A stretch of 64,000 nt of DNA, taken from Lama glama (lineage: Eukaryota). The position numbers and the translations under genes are program-made. Position 1 is the first letter of the stretch; each line of letters starts with the position of its first letter. Below the pieces are notes generated by a model, which was not told where the DNA came from, made no database searches, and worked only from the letters and a program-made list of their open reading frames with translations. This document shows positions 1 to 13,809 of this stretch, piece by piece. The stretch covers positions 41,976,001 through 42,040,000 of the forward strand of contig CM052817.1 in the NCBI GenBank assembly GCA_028534125.1, written 5' to 3'.

Positions 1-1050
1 TACAGAGAACTCTTAAAACTAAACAAGAAACAAAAATGACCTGATCAAAAAAAAATAAGCCAAAGACCTTAACAGACACTCACAAAAGAAGATATACAGG
101 TGGCAAATAAGCACATGAAAAGATGTTGCACCTCATATGTCATCAGGGAAATGCAAATTAAAAAAACAATGAGATACCACTACACACTAATTAGAATACC
201 CAAAACCTAAAAAACTGACAACAGCGAATACTGACAAGGATGTGGAGCAGTAATAGTTCTCATTCATTGCTGGTGGGTATGCAAAATGTTATAGTCACTT
301 TGGAAGACAGTTTGGCAGTTGTTTACAAAATTTGACACATCCCTACCATATGATCCAGCAATTGTGTTCCTTGGTATTTACCCAAAGGTGATGAAACTTA
401 GGTCCACACAAAACATGCACATGGATGTTTATATCAGCTTTATTCATAACTGCCAAAACTTAGAAGTAACCATCCTCCAGCAGATGAATGGGCAAATAAG
501 CAAACTGTGGTACATCCAGACAAGCAAATATTCAACACTCAAAAGAAATGAGGTATCAAACCATGAAAAGACATGGAGGAAACTTAAATGTATATTACTA
601 AATGAAAAAAGCCAATGTGAAAAGGCTGCATTCTGTATGATTATAAAGATATGACATTTCTGGAAAAGGCAAAACTATGGAGACAGTTAAAAAAAGAAAG
701 AAAGAAAAACCAGGAATTAGGGGCAGGAATAGATGGAACAGAGAGGATGTTTAGAGCAGTGGAAATACTCTGTATGACACCATACTAACAGATACATGTC
801 CTTACACATTTGTCCAAATTCACAGAATGTACATCAAGAGTGAACCATATGTAAGCTATGAATTTTGAGCAATTACAATGTCTCAATGTAGGTTCATCAA
901 TGGTACAAATGTACCACTCTGGTAGGGGATGCTGATAAATGGGGGAGGCTATGAATGTGTGGGAGGAAGGCATATGGGAAGTCGCTATACCTCTCTCTCA
1001 ATATTTCTGTGAGCCTAAAACTCCTTTTAAAAAAAAATGAAGCCTTAATT
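1..1050 (+). mobile_element. Old L1 (L1M-type) ORF2 end and 3'UTR
   Basis: Typical L1 text (GAAATGCAAATTAAAA..CAATGAGATACCAC; CCATATGATCCAGCAATT). ORF 319-654 is a decayed ORF2 C-terminus. Confidence 0.88.
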
Positions 1051-4000
1051 AAAACATATATATAAAAACAAAATTCAAAAATTTATTTCACTCAGATTCA
1101 ATGTGCTGAGATAGGATTATACACAAATTAGTAATCCACTATATAAGTGGCAGTAATTTTTATGCAAATTATGGTAAACAAGAATATTTTTTTATTTGAC
1201 TTCTTTTGCAGAATTATCTGGGGAAAAATCCAGAAGAAGAAAATTAGTAACAACTTCTAAACTTCATAAGCCATTTTTTAGGCCTAAACCACACATTAGC
1301 TAATCCAGAAAGACTGTCAAATTTTCACTAGATATGTTGTCACAGCCACAACTGTAATATTACCAAGTAGCATTAGATAGAGGTTATATTTTCATTTTTA
1401 AGTTGACTTAATTCAGCAAATACTTATTGCACAACTACAAGATGTTAGGTGATTTTTTTTTTTAAAGTGTGACGTTGTCTTTCTAATTTTATTAATTTAT
1501 CTCTATTCCTTCAATACAACTACTACTTCAGCACATCTGTGTTCCAGCCACTGGTCTGGGTTGGGAGGGTCACTGGTGAACCAAAAAGGCCAGTGGTCCC
1601 TTTATGGTCCTTAACACAAACGTACATGAAACTATTCACATAGAACACAATGCCAAAATGAAGAGCATACGTAATTAGAATAAGTCAAGAGAGAGGAAAT
1701 TCCTCTAAGTTACCCAAGAGTAGTTCCATGTGGATGCTGGGGTTAGAGAAGGGGCTAGAAACAGAAGTAGAAGATGGCAGCTAGTAGAATATAATATGTA
1801 TACTTCAGAGGAAGGGGTAGGGAGGGTGCCGTGCTCCGTGACAATACTTCTGCCACAGCACTCCATCCACATCTGCTCTACCTTGTATAGTTGCACATGA
1901 GATTTCATTTGCAAAAAGATTATGCTGAAGGAAAATCAAAAACAAAAAACTCTGGAAATCACTGACCTGATTACTGTGCTTCATTTTATTCCTTAAACTT
2001 GATGAAAAACAACTTTAGCATTATGTGAAAAATCTTTTGATTATTATGAATTAAGTTTTAAATTAGTTTCCATTTAAAAATTAGATTTGGAATAATATTC
2101 TTCTTTAGTTGCATTTTCCAGACGTGTGCCCCTACAGCAGAAATGCCCATCCATTTCCAGCATGCCCCTTCACACCCTCTCCAAGACAAAGATGAGTTTC
2201 CTTTTCAGAGGAGATATTCATGCTGGTTAGGAGGACAATGGACCATACACTTTGCTCTCTGAGCCAGAAGTGACTGGATCTGGATCAGTCGCATTTTTGG
2301 TCCTGGAAATTCGCAGTTGTGACTCACTACTTTTACGAGTTTCTGATTGCTTGAACAGGAAGTCAAATAAAGTTGTGTCAGTCACTCTACGACATAAACA
2401 CAGAGAAGCAGAGAAGCAGGTTTGTAGCTAAAGACAGAAAAGAATGACACAGACAGGCAGACAAAAGAAGTGAGTGACCGTGAGACACTGGAGAAACACA
2501 GAAAGCAAACTTCATTCCCAACTTTTGAGTTCCTGGGTTCTGGTGCCTTATGAGACCCAGCTATAAAATGCGCTTCTGTTCCTCTCATCCAGAACCCTAA
2601 GGCATCTACTCTCCACAGCCCCTCCAGTTTCGTGGTCCCTTCATTGTCCCAGATTTTTCCTCCTCTTTTTTAACTCTTGTAGAGTGAGTTTCAGCTCTCA
2701 GACGTCTCTTTGTACAAACAGGGTTTTACTAAAGGTAAAAGCTACATTTGAAGCTTTTAGCCCCTGTCTGCAGAACTGCAACCATCTCCATCTCCTGAAT
2801 CCCACCTTGGCAGGTGTCACAGGTGAGCTCATGCACAGTCTTGTTATTTTACCCATTCTGGTCCCTCTCAGGAAGGCCTGCTGCTCTGCACTGTCATTTA
2901 AGGGTAAGACTTCAAAGCTGCAGCCAGCACCACAGTCAACACCTAAGTAATGACACTGATGTCTGGGTCTATAGTGGATCCATGATTGCTGTCCAATTCC
3001 ACTCCCTCCATTCCCTCTTAAGCCCGTTCCAGTTAGACTTTACCCCTATTATTGATGTCATTGCACAGGCAGCTTTGGGATGCAAACCACCTTCTTCTCT
3101 AGCCTTTTAAATTCTACTGATAAATCTTAGTTATAAGCCTAGAAATTTTTTAAGGGTCTGTTTAAGAAGCCTTTGATTGACATTTGGTTCCATTTATAAA
3201 ATTAAATACCTTCAAATATATGAAAGTGCATTCATAAATTCAATATACTCAATTTCCTTTTTAAATACTTGAATTTGTCTTATTAGGAAAAAACTCTCCG
3301 AAGTACTTAAGCAATTTTTGTATATTTAGTAAATTAAACATATAAAAAGGACAATCTTAAATTCTCTTAAATGTTCCCATACAACATATAAATTTAGAAA
3401 CATTTATACATAAAACCACAAGTTGAAACTACTTACTCAATTACATATTTTAATTTGAAGCTACCAGGGTATCATTTTAAAGGCTGAAATTTGCTCATTT
3501 TAAGCAAATATAATACTAATTATGAACAGATTCTTCTCTAACACACAAATATTAATGCTCTAATTCTGAGTCTTAAACACTTTTATACTCCATTTTAAAT
3601 CTTCTTGAGTTTGAAAAAAATGCATACCCATTAAGGAAAACAATCATCATCCCAATTAATAGAGATTACTTTAACCAGAGATTTGATAAAAGAGTGAACA
3701 GCCAGATGGGTGGATATTGTGTGTGGGTCGAGGTGCCATTTCCTGATCCAGCAGATAAGAGACATATACCTACCTGCTGCCGCATTCCCCAAAATCCTCA
3801 ACGGGCATAAGCTGCTGGGAGGAACGCCGCTATTTCCAGTACGGCTCCTTGAGTGTGCCCACATCTCATAGTCACCCTATTTAACATAGATCCTTTAGCT
3901 CTCTCTCCCCATAGCAAGCTCCATGGCACTACACTTGCCAAGTGAGAATGAATCTCTCCCACCTCTGTGCTTCTAGAATATGTTGTTTTTACTTCTCTTA

Positions 4001-4339
4001 TTCCAGATAGCGCATTTTGCTTCAAGGAATATATTTAGTTGAATTTATGTGTTAATCTCCTTTCTAATCTGGAAGTTCTTCAATGAAAGGGGCTTTTCCA
4101 TGCTTAACTTTTATCCTAAAATGTGTCACACAAAACAGATTCATTTAGTAGTATCTTGTAACATATTTATTTGAATTGTAAAGGTTTTATGGCAAGTGTT
4201 TAATAAGCAAAAAAAAATAAGACCTGTATGTTGACTCAGACTATTAATTAGAAATGAAGTACACAAAGCTTGGGACAATTGAAATGATGATTGAGATTTT
4301 CACAAGCAAGTGGTCTCAAACAGACAGGAAGCGCCGTAT

Positions 4340-4640
4340 GAGGCAAAAAGCATGGTCACGAGATTGCAAAGGTATGAATCCTTACTCTTCCATTTACTAG
4401 CTGGGTGATCTAGAGGTAGTTACTTAACGTCTCTGTGACTGTAGTCTACATGCCACATACTCAGTTTCTTATTCCATAAAAGGGGCCTAATTAAGGCCCC
4501 CTCACAGGACAACGATGGGGATTAGATGAGATAATCTAGACTATCTCATTTGGAGGAATACCTGTCGTACGGGAAGAAACCGCTGCATAGAACACACCAT
4601 AGATGATGCCCTCTGTGGCACTAATAAATGTTATCCATTA
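4340..4640. mobile_element. MIR fragment
   Basis: MIR core-like text (..TACTAGCTGGGTGATC..GTTACTTAAC..CTCTGTG..CTCAGTTTC..). Confidence 0.6.
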
Positions 4641-6169
4641 TCTTTCTCTTTACTATGAAGTAAGTGTAAATTATGGAATGCAAAAGAGAAATTAGGCAAA
4701 GAGAATTTTTATCCTAGAAAATAACATGCAGGGCCTCTCAACAATATTCTCCTGATAAAGCTTCCCAAGGACAAGATGACGTCACAGCAATGAGACAGCA
4801 ACCAAACCCACTGAAAGAATTCACGTTTCTGCTACCCTAACACATTAAGAGTGCATAGTACATAGCCCCAGGTTCTTTAAAGTTTTTCATGGAATAAATT
4901 AATGAGAAGGGCAACATTTTTCTAAAAACAAGATAAACGCTGTAGTATGTTAACTGCCAATTTTTAAATTTTAAAAAGATTGTTTATATCCCTTTATCTC
5001 TTTGAATTTTCCCAGAAGTATTTTTTACTAGAAATACAAAGAGCTGGAATAAGTTAAACTCTAAACAAACTTTAGGTAGTGATAAAATTAAATGAAGTAT
5101 TGACTGAGGGCAGTTAATAATTAGTGAATCAAACATCACATTAAACATATACTATGCTATTTATTTAAATTTCCTCTAAAATACTTATAATATCACTTTG
5201 TGTTTAACTAAATTGTGGAAGTTTGCAATATTCCATGTCACTCATGCCTTTAGGAAGTGTCAATGCTCAAACTACAAAATTTATTTGAATTGTAAAGTTT
5301 TATGATTCATGTGGCCACCATTCAGATGTCTTAATTAGGGATCAAATGGCCAAAGGAAATAACCACCTCTGGTTACACACAATGCTGCTTTAGTGAAGGG
5401 GAGCAACTTAATTATGACACATATCACAAAACATCACCAAATTTCCCTTCAAACCTAAGTCTTGGTCATCATTCATTCATTCAACACGTATTTCCTTATA
5501 TTCTCCTAATGATGATTATTACTTTAGTACCCACATTCTATTCCTAATATTAACAAAAACTGCCATTATCAATGGAGAATACTTCTAAATGTGTACAATT
5601 TCTCCATAGAATAAAACAAAGAAACAAAAAAGAAGGCCAAACAAGAATTCTGCATTTGTCACTGACTCTTTGAAGGGCCTAAAGTTAGTAACTAAATTCT
5701 CTAAGTCTTGGTTTCCTTATCTTTGAAAGGAGAAAAATACCATCTTCCTGCGATTGAGATAATTTAGTGTGATGCCCGACCTTCCCTATAGTAGCAGCTG
5801 GTATAATTTCCTGAATAATTACTACATTCAGAAAGCCCAGGGAAGAAAGAACATACATACTATAGTTCTACAAATGAGCAGGTGAGAAATACTTTCTCCT
5901 CTCTGGTCCAGTTGCTAATACTATGGAGTTAGGAGGAGATCAGAGACACTCAAGGAGTCACCGGGTAGTCCTCTGATCTCTGCCTTTGCTGAATTCTAGC
6001 TTCTGTCCTTGGATACATACTCCTAACTGACTGTCTTCCAGGTAACTCCACAAGAATAGAAATAACATGCACTGAATCTTGAAGTTGGAAGAGTTTCAAA
6101 AAGAGAAACAGGGCAGCTCCCTGCACTGCGATGGAAGACACTTACAGCATCCTAGGCAGAGGGCTCTCT

Positions 6170-6610
6170 ATTCCTAGTTTTAAAGATCTCTAAGGACTGA
6201 ACTCCCCCATATTCCTTGGTTACCTGTTTCAATGTTTAATCCCTTCTTTTTAGTTATATCCATCTTTATGACCAACTGAACTTTTTCTCTTGCTACAATT
6301 TAAAACTATTTCCTTTTATTCGGTCTCCTGTGGAGGTAAAAGAACATCTGTTCTGCATCTTCCATATAATAACCTTTCAAATGCTTGAAGACAGTTAAAT
6401 CACCCCTTAGTCTTCCCTTCTCCAAGTTAAACAGTCCTGATCCCACTGAGCCCTCTCTTAGGAGCTAGTCCCCATTCCTTACATCACTTTTGCTGATCTT
6501 CGCTGGACCTTGTCCAGAGTCTCCATATACTTTGCCAAATGCAAAGACCAAGATCGAACACAGCAAAAATGCCAAATAAAGCAGAAGGATTACTTTTCAC
6601 TTCTGTATCC
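6170..6610 (-). mobile_element. CR1/L3 LINE fragment
   Basis: CCCCTTAGTCTTCCCTTCTCCAAGTTAAACAGTCC..TTTTGCTGATCTTCGCTGGACC resembles the reverse complement of the CR1 RT 3' region. Confidence 0.6.
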
Positions 6611-7779
6611 CTCTCTTGATAAAACATTCCAAGTGGTGTGCTTGCCCTTTTTTCCAAAAATATATTGCTCTTTCTAATCCTCTTTGCTTTGTAATCATGT
6701 ACGCTATCATCTTGTGGTACCTTTCTCCAAGGCTCAGATCAGATTTCAGGTGCTTCAAATAATTCCTCCCTGTCAGAAAGGACCAAATTTAGAAGCGCAT
6801 AGCTTCGGAACATTTTTCTACCTTCTTTAAAAGCTAAAATAGAAAAGCTGTGAAAACAAAATCAAAATTCATACAATCCGTGACAAAACCATCAACATTT
6901 ACATTTTGATGACATTTAAGAAGTATGCTTTCTTCGTATATATGTAGAAATCCATTTTCTTCTACTTTAAGAATGATATAATCTGACAGATCTTGTAGGA
7001 ATAACTTGTTAAGAAGTAATAACAACAACACAGATAAAAAAAGTTTAAATTTTATGGATGAATTTGTCAATAACTTTGTAAAAATGGTGAATCCTGGTAC
7101 ATTTTAAATCTGGTTTGAGTTTTGCAATTTTAATCTAGACTCTATCTTCTAATAACGCACATTAAAAATACACTTTCTGATACCTATATTGCTTTCAGTG
7201 TTTGAATATATTTATCAAGGGTTATGTTTCTGAGGATTTTAGAGTTGCCAATAACTCTAATTTTTTATTTTGAACTATCATAAATAACTATATTTGAAAT
7301 CAGCTAAAATTTCTCATATTTTTTCCTTTCTTTGTTTACCTTCATGAAGGTACTGAACTATGTACAAATTCTCATTTCACAAACATTAAGCTAGAATTAT
7401 ATAGCTCCCTACCACATATATTTATCAGTTGTTTATAGTTTTAAAGACACCACTTGACCATTTTATTGTTCAGGAATGCTAAAACTGAAAGATGTTAAAA
7501 TAAGTGTTACAATGATTTGAAGGAAAACACTAAAGACAATGTCTTCATTTTAGAATTTTTTTTTTTAATAGGGAATTTCCTTCCCAATTTCTCCCATATC
7601 GTCAGAGCCTCTTTCAGGTGCCTGCTATTCTTAACCAGTCCCTCAAATAGCAGTATACGATCTAAGGAAAGTGTGGAGGAGTGGCAATATGCATCTCTTC
7701 TCTATGCATGACTTAAAGCAAATGTATAAATCACTCAGTGGCTCCTATTAACCTCATACCCAAGTTAATTTCACATTCT

Positions 7780-8545
7780 GACTATCAAAAGACACTTAAA
7801 GGGAGAAGACAGTGTGCAAACTGGAAGAAGCTACCTGAAGTATATAAAGCTGAAACAAGTATAAATAAAGTATTCCTACAAGAAAATAAGAAAAGTACAA
7901 AAGAGAAACCTATATTGCCAAAACACATACGAAGGGATTTTTCAATTCAATGCCTTTAGCGGTCAGGGAACACAAATCAATACTACAGTGAGAAGTCACT
8001 TTAAAAATATTCAAATGGCAAAAAGAAAACAAATTCTGACCATACAAGTATTGAGTGGGATGGAGAGCCAAAAGACATTTGACTAATTGGTAGTAGGAAG
8101 GCAAACTGGCTCAACTACTTCAGAAGCAGTTAAACATGCACATACTCTACAATTGATACATCCCAATGGATGGCATATGCCCAGGAGAAATGTGCATAAG
8201 GAGACATGTTCATAGCAGCTCTGCTCACAACAGCAAAACCTATAAGCAACACAAATCCCTTTCAACAAGGATGCTTAAGACTCAGTGGTGATACCACCAA
8301 CAGAATGTCATGGAGAAGGCAAAAAATAAACTGTAGCAACACACAACAACATAAATTATTCTTAGTAATAAAATATTATGTGAGAAAGTAAGTCCCAAGA
8401 GAGTATATTCAGCAGTATCATCCTGTGTAAAGTTAAAACCACTAAAACTTAAAATTGACTTTTTAGGAACACATATACACACACAATTACATAAAAAGGA
8501 AAACAAGAGGATGGTGAACACAGAATTCAGGATGTTGGTTAATTT
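7780..8545 (+). mobile_element. Old L1 (L1ME-like) fragment
   Basis: Decayed L1 3' region motifs (ATGTTCATAGCAGCTCTGCTCACAACAGCAAAA). Confidence 0.65.
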
Positions 8546-8820
8546 GTGACTGTAAAAATGGCTCCAATTATTACAAAAATGGGCTCTGTCTTTCATAGCT
8601 CTCCCCACATCTACGCTCTTTGCAATATAATTTGGCAACCCTCTTCCATCAAGAGGCAGAGTCTATTTCTTCACCCCTTGAATCTGGCCTGGCCTTGTGA
8701 CTTGCCTTGGTGAATAGAATGGTACAGAAATGACAGTGTGCCGGTTCAAGACCCAAGTCTGGGTCTCTCTCCCTTGGATCCCTACCTCTGCCAGGAGAAC
8801 ACGTCCATGATCCACGCTTT
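8546..8820 (+). mobile_element. MaLR (MLT1-type) LTR fragment
   Basis: CCATCAAGAGGCAGAGTCTATTTC..CCCCTTGAATCTGGCCTGGCCTTGTGACTTGC is characteristic of MLT1. Confidence 0.75.
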
Positions 8821-9149
8821 TGACATTCTAGAAGCAAATGTACAAGGCCCATTAAATAATCTGTGTGCTGAATGTACTGACATCCCCATGTCTACCAAAA
8901 GTTATTCCTCTTAGAGCTTATGTGTGATGTACCTTTTTTACTTTTCAACTAAGACATGGCATATCCTGATGGATAGGTATCATAAAAATATCATCCATAA
9001 TTCTGAAGTTTTGATCAGCCAAAAAAAAGGCATGTGAGTTGATATTAATAACTACTGTCAAGGCTACATATAATATCTGGGATATAGTTAATACTTTTTA
9101 AGAGCTGAAAAAAGACTAAAAAAAATTAATATGCTCTTCAGAAAATCAC

Positions 9150-9490
9150 AAAGGAAATTCTGAAACATGCTACAACATGGATGAACCTTGGAGGACATCA
9201 TGTTAAGTGAAATAAACCAGTATTAAAATAGACAATAGTACAGGATTCCGCTTATCTGAGGTATCTTAAAGTAGTCAAAATCACAGAGACAGAAAGTAGA
9301 ACGGGGGTAGTAGGGGCTGGGGGAGTGGAAAAGAGAGAGTTTTGTTCAATAGGTATAGAGTTTCAGTATCCTAAGACCAAAAAGTTCTGAAGATTGGTTG
9401 CACAATAATGTAAATATACTGTACTGAACTGTACCCTTTAAAATGCCTAAGACTGTAAATTTTGTGTAATGTGTATTTATACCACAAATA
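9150..9490 (+). mobile_element. L1 (L1MB-like) 3' end
   Basis: CATGCTACAACATGGATGAACCTTG..GTAGTCAAAATCACAGAGACAGAAAGTAGAA. Confidence 0.8.
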
Positions 9491-9869
9491 TAAAGTTTAT
9501 ATTACACATATTTATAGATCATATATGTTATATATGATACATAAAAGCTACTTTGCTATTGACTTGTTAATCATTGCCATTGATTCACAATCTAACTTAG
9601 GAGCAATTTGCCTAAGTACTAATTACACACAGAAATTAAGTTTTTAGAAGATATAAGTAGGTATAGGTTTTGATAATGTGATTTTTTAAAAAATAATGTA
9701 GATTCACAATGCACGAGATAAGTTACTGAAGCTATGGGCGCCATACCTGGGACTCCATTGGCAATGCTAGATAAACATCAGTGTTGCAAATTCAGCGACA
9801 AACCGTTTTACTGCTACTTCGTCCATAATACATCTAGCATCTGGCACTGTGGTGAAGTCCTGAATCAAA

Positions 9870-10260
9870 AAGTCATTTATTCAACTAGTAGTTGAGAACT
9901 TACTATTTATCGGGCACTAAGGTTGACTGGTGAGACAGTGGTGAACAAAAGAAATATACCTGCTCATACAGAGCTTACTTGTAGTTGAAGAGAAAGACGG
10001 CATATATCAATCAATCAAGACAAACAAAAACCTATTAAGTATTAAGACCTCAGAGAAAAATAAAGTAGAGCAACGTTTCTAGCAAGCAACTGTGTGGCTA
10101 GTTTGGACTGACAGTCTGGGGATACCTCCACTGAGATACTGAGATATGGACTGTTGATCTGAATGACCGAGAGAAGACAGCCACATAATGATTAATCAGG
10201 CAAAAGAGTTTTCCGAATAAAAAGAGCCAGTGCAGAGTCTGTGCCAGGAACAAGCTTCAT
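9870..10260 (-). mobile_element. L2 3' end fragment
   Basis: TCATTTATTCAAC..ACTTACTAT..GGCACT..GAGACAGTGGTGAACAAAA pattern. Confidence 0.6.
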
Positions 10261-11195
10261 CTTCACAAAAGAAATAAACCAGAACTATCTGTTAGTACTG
10301 AAAAAAAGAAGAAAAGGATTCAAAAGAGCAGAATCATTTTAAACCTATGAATAACAGCCATGGACTCCATAAACAAATTACTGCCTCTAATCTAGCCCCT
10401 TTTGCTTGAAGATTATTAACTTGTTACAAGCAGAAACAATCCCTACTAAAAGGAAATGTTTTGTTGCACCTACGTAAACAAATTTTATTTATTTATTGCT
10501 GTAGGGTTTTCCAAAATTATTTACATTTAGAATATTATTAAATCACATAAAAACATGTTTTAAAGGAGTCCAAATTTATTCTTAGGCTGAGAAAGTTTAT
10601 TATCGCTATCCAAATCCAGGTGCAAAAACATTTTTGCTAATGTTACAAATTCACTACTTAGAGAGAAAAGCTACCCAAACACACCTGCACCTTTTCAGAA
10701 CTGATTTAATATTGTGTTAAAGTAAACATATTAAGGACATGAATGTTTAGTCATCAAAAGTCTGTATTGCCCAATTTGCTACTTAAAGTGAATGAAACAA
10801 GCTACCCGGATTCTGATAAAGATAAACCTGCATTTCATGACTCCCTTTCCAAATCCAATATTACCAGGTAGTAATTGGTGCTTATGATTTCACATTAGTA
10901 TTAGCTTGGTCATACGACTCACATGATTGAGAATACATAGAGTAATGCAAAAGGAAGAGGCTATGTGCTGAGGATACGGCGTTTAGTGACATTATTTCAT
11001 TAAATGAGGCAATGAAGTGTAGTAGTTACGAATCCAGGATCTAACACCAGATTGCTTGGGCTTTCATCCTACAACTGCCTCTCAATGGTTGTTTAAATTG
11101 ATATGTAAACTCTAAGTACTCAGCTTTTCCACCGTAAAATGGAGATAATTATATTGGCAAGGTGGTTGTCAACATTAAATAAGCTAAAACATATA

Positions 11196-11810
11196 CTAAA
11201 TGCTCCAATCAAAAGACATAGAGTGGCAGACTAGATAATAAAGCAAGAACCTTCAAAATGCTGCATGCAAGAGACCCACTTCAGGGAGAAGGACACATAC
11301 AGATTAAGAGTGAAAGGATGGAAAAGGATATTCCATGCAAATGGAAAAGCCAAAAGAGCAAGTGTAGCAGTACTGATTTCAGACAAAATAGACTTTAAAA
11401 CAAAGGCCATAAAGACAGATAAAGAAGGACATTTTATAATGATTAAAGGAGTGATACAAGATGAGGATATTACACTCGTTAATATATATGCACCCAATAT
11501 AGGAGCACCTAAGTACATAAAACAATTACTAACAGAGATAAAGGGGGAAACTGATGGGAATACAATCATTGTTGGAGATTCTAACACTGCATTAACATCA
11601 CTAGACAGACCTTCCAGACAGAAAATAAATAAGGCAACAGAGAAATTAAATGATACAATAGAAAAATTGGATTTGGTGGATATTTTCAGAGCATTACACC
11701 CCCCAAAAATAGGATATACATTCAAGTGCACATGGAACATTTTCTAGGATTTATCATGTACTTGGGCACAAAAGAAGCCTCAACAATTTTAAGAAGATAG
11801 AAATTATCTC
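11196..11810 (+). mobile_element. Isolated L1 ORF2 endonuclease-domain fragment inserted in a MIR
   Basis: Translates to LNAPIKRHRVAD*..QETH..NIYAPN..IIVGDSN (APE-like EN domain). Premature TAG near the start, small deletion near the end. MIR-like sequence on both sides. Confidence 0.92.
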
Positions 11811-12075
11811 AAAACATAAAATGCTCTAAAGTGCCTGGCACACGTCAGCAAATGGTAGTTACAATACTACTAATTATTATTATTATTATATATTATACAC
11901 AAAACACACTCAGATCAGTGTACTGAAAGACTACTCCCTCACATGAAAGTCTGCTTCTTAATACATACATACATATATATATATATCAATGATATATGGA
12001 CATATCGTATCAACACACAGATACAAAGAAAAAGAGAATATATAAACTAAATAAAGTACAAATTAAAAGTCATAA

Positions 12076-12644
12076 TGTTACAGTAGGCAGATAGCTAGAT
12101 ATGAGCAGAGAAATGAGGACACAGACCAAATGGCAAAAATTGGGCAGAAAGGAGGGCCACAGGCCAAATGCAGGAAACCATACATCATATAGGCACCAGG
12201 AGTCCCTGGGCAGAGAAAGAGAAGCAGGAACCTCTGGGCTGATAAGTGGTTACACCTTTGGAGGTGATAAGCAGCCCAGAGGCCAAAAAAAGAAAGGTGG
12301 AAAAAGGCAAGAATCTCCAGTGTCTGAATGTAACCTTTTGCTCATTATGCCCTCATTTCAATAAAATTAGCCTGGCAGACTAGAAGTACCCATCATGCAC
12401 CGACACCATGACACTTCTGATACAGACTAAATAAGAACAAAAATCCCTCCTCCCTTTGGGAAGGTGGCGTTGGGATGAAAATCTGACCCCAGACCCTTCC
12501 CTCCCTAATGAATATTCTGCCCTTTCATTTTTACACCCCATGGTAACAACTTGCCAAAAAAATCTCGGGGCAGCCGCTCACCTGAGCCTGCCCTCTCTCC
12601 CCTTGAGAGTGTACTATCCATCCTTTAATAAATTCTGACTTCAC
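12076..12644 (+). mobile_element. ERV LTR (probably ERV1 class), 3'-truncated
   Basis: Begins TGTTACAGTAGGCAG. Has AATGAATATTC and AATAAA (12628) typical of LTR U3/R. Abuts L1 sequence. Confidence 0.7.
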
Positions 12645-12649
12645 TGTAA

Positions 12650-13780
12650 ATCCAAATTTAAAAACAAAACAAAACAAAAAAATCCTTGACCCTTACCTTG
12701 AAAAATATACCAAAAAAAAAAAAAACCCTCAAAGTTGATTATATATCTAAATACAAAACCTGCAACTCTAAAAGTTCTAGAAGAAAATATAGGAAAAAAT
12801 ATTTGTGACCTTGTAATACTCAAATATTACACACACAAAATAACCCTGAACCACAAAGGAAAATTGTTAAGTTGTGCTTCATCTCAATTAAAATCTTCTA
12901 CTATTTGAAAGACACCGTTAAAAAAAAAAAGTTTTAAATGCACAGAGAGAATATATTTACAAAATGTGTATCTGGCAAAGAACTTGTAACCAGAATATAT
13001 AAATAACACTGTAGTCAAATAATAAAAAGATATTTCACCAAAGAAGACTTATGGATGACGAAGAAGCACATCAAAAGATGCTCAGTATCATTAATTAGTA
13101 GGGAACTACATGTTAAACTATAATCCAATATCAACCACTATACCTGCTATCTTGGCTGAAGTTATTAACCCGAAAATACCATGCGCACTGTCTGGGAAGT
13201 ACAAATGGAAGTCTCATACGTTGCTAATGAGAAAGTAATACACTTTGGAAACCCATTTGAAAATTTCTTATAAAATTAAATACACACCTGCCATATGAAC
13301 CAGCAATCCCCTCTTGGGTATTTACCTAAGATAATATATGTCTTTACAAAGACCTATTTACAAATATTTACATCAGGTTTATCAGAGAAGCCTAAAACTA
13401 ACAACCAACTAGCCATCAAGTGGAGAAAGGATGGATACACAAATCATTGTCCATCCATAAAACAAAATACTACTTAGCAAAAAAACAACAAATATGCATG
13501 TAACCACGTAGTCTCAAAAGCCTTACACCTAGTGAAAAAATGGCTCCATACTGTATGATTCCATTTATATGCCATTCTGGAAAAGGCAAAACTCCAGGTA
13601 CAGAAATCAGGCGAGTGGTTGTCAGGAACTGACAGGAAGGCATAAACACAAGGGCGTGAGGAAACTTTGGGGGGTGATAGAAATGTTCTTATCTTGATTT
13701 TGGTAGGGGTCACACTACTGTATTTGTCAGAACTCATCAAATTAAATACTTTAAAAACACCAATAAATCTGACTCTTAAA
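12650..13780 (+). mobile_element. Old L1 ORF2 end / 3'UTR
   Basis: TTCTAGAAGAAAATATAGGA..; ..CATACTGTATGATTCCATTTATATG.. Confidence 0.8.
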
Positions 13781-13809
13781 AATGAATCATAAAATTATAA
13801 AAATAAAGG

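Noticed and set aside
3775..3877. Possible cryptic CFAP299 exon (AG..CAG|GTAGGT on the minus strand, mildly CpG-rich)
   Set aside because: No polypyrimidine tract, 103 nt would shift frame, and the peptide does not resemble CFAP299 exon 3.
11265..11747. 160-aa ORF as a domesticated nuclease gene
   Set aside because: L1 EN fragment with an upstream in-frame stop, truncated before the end of the domain, and no promoter or splice evidence.
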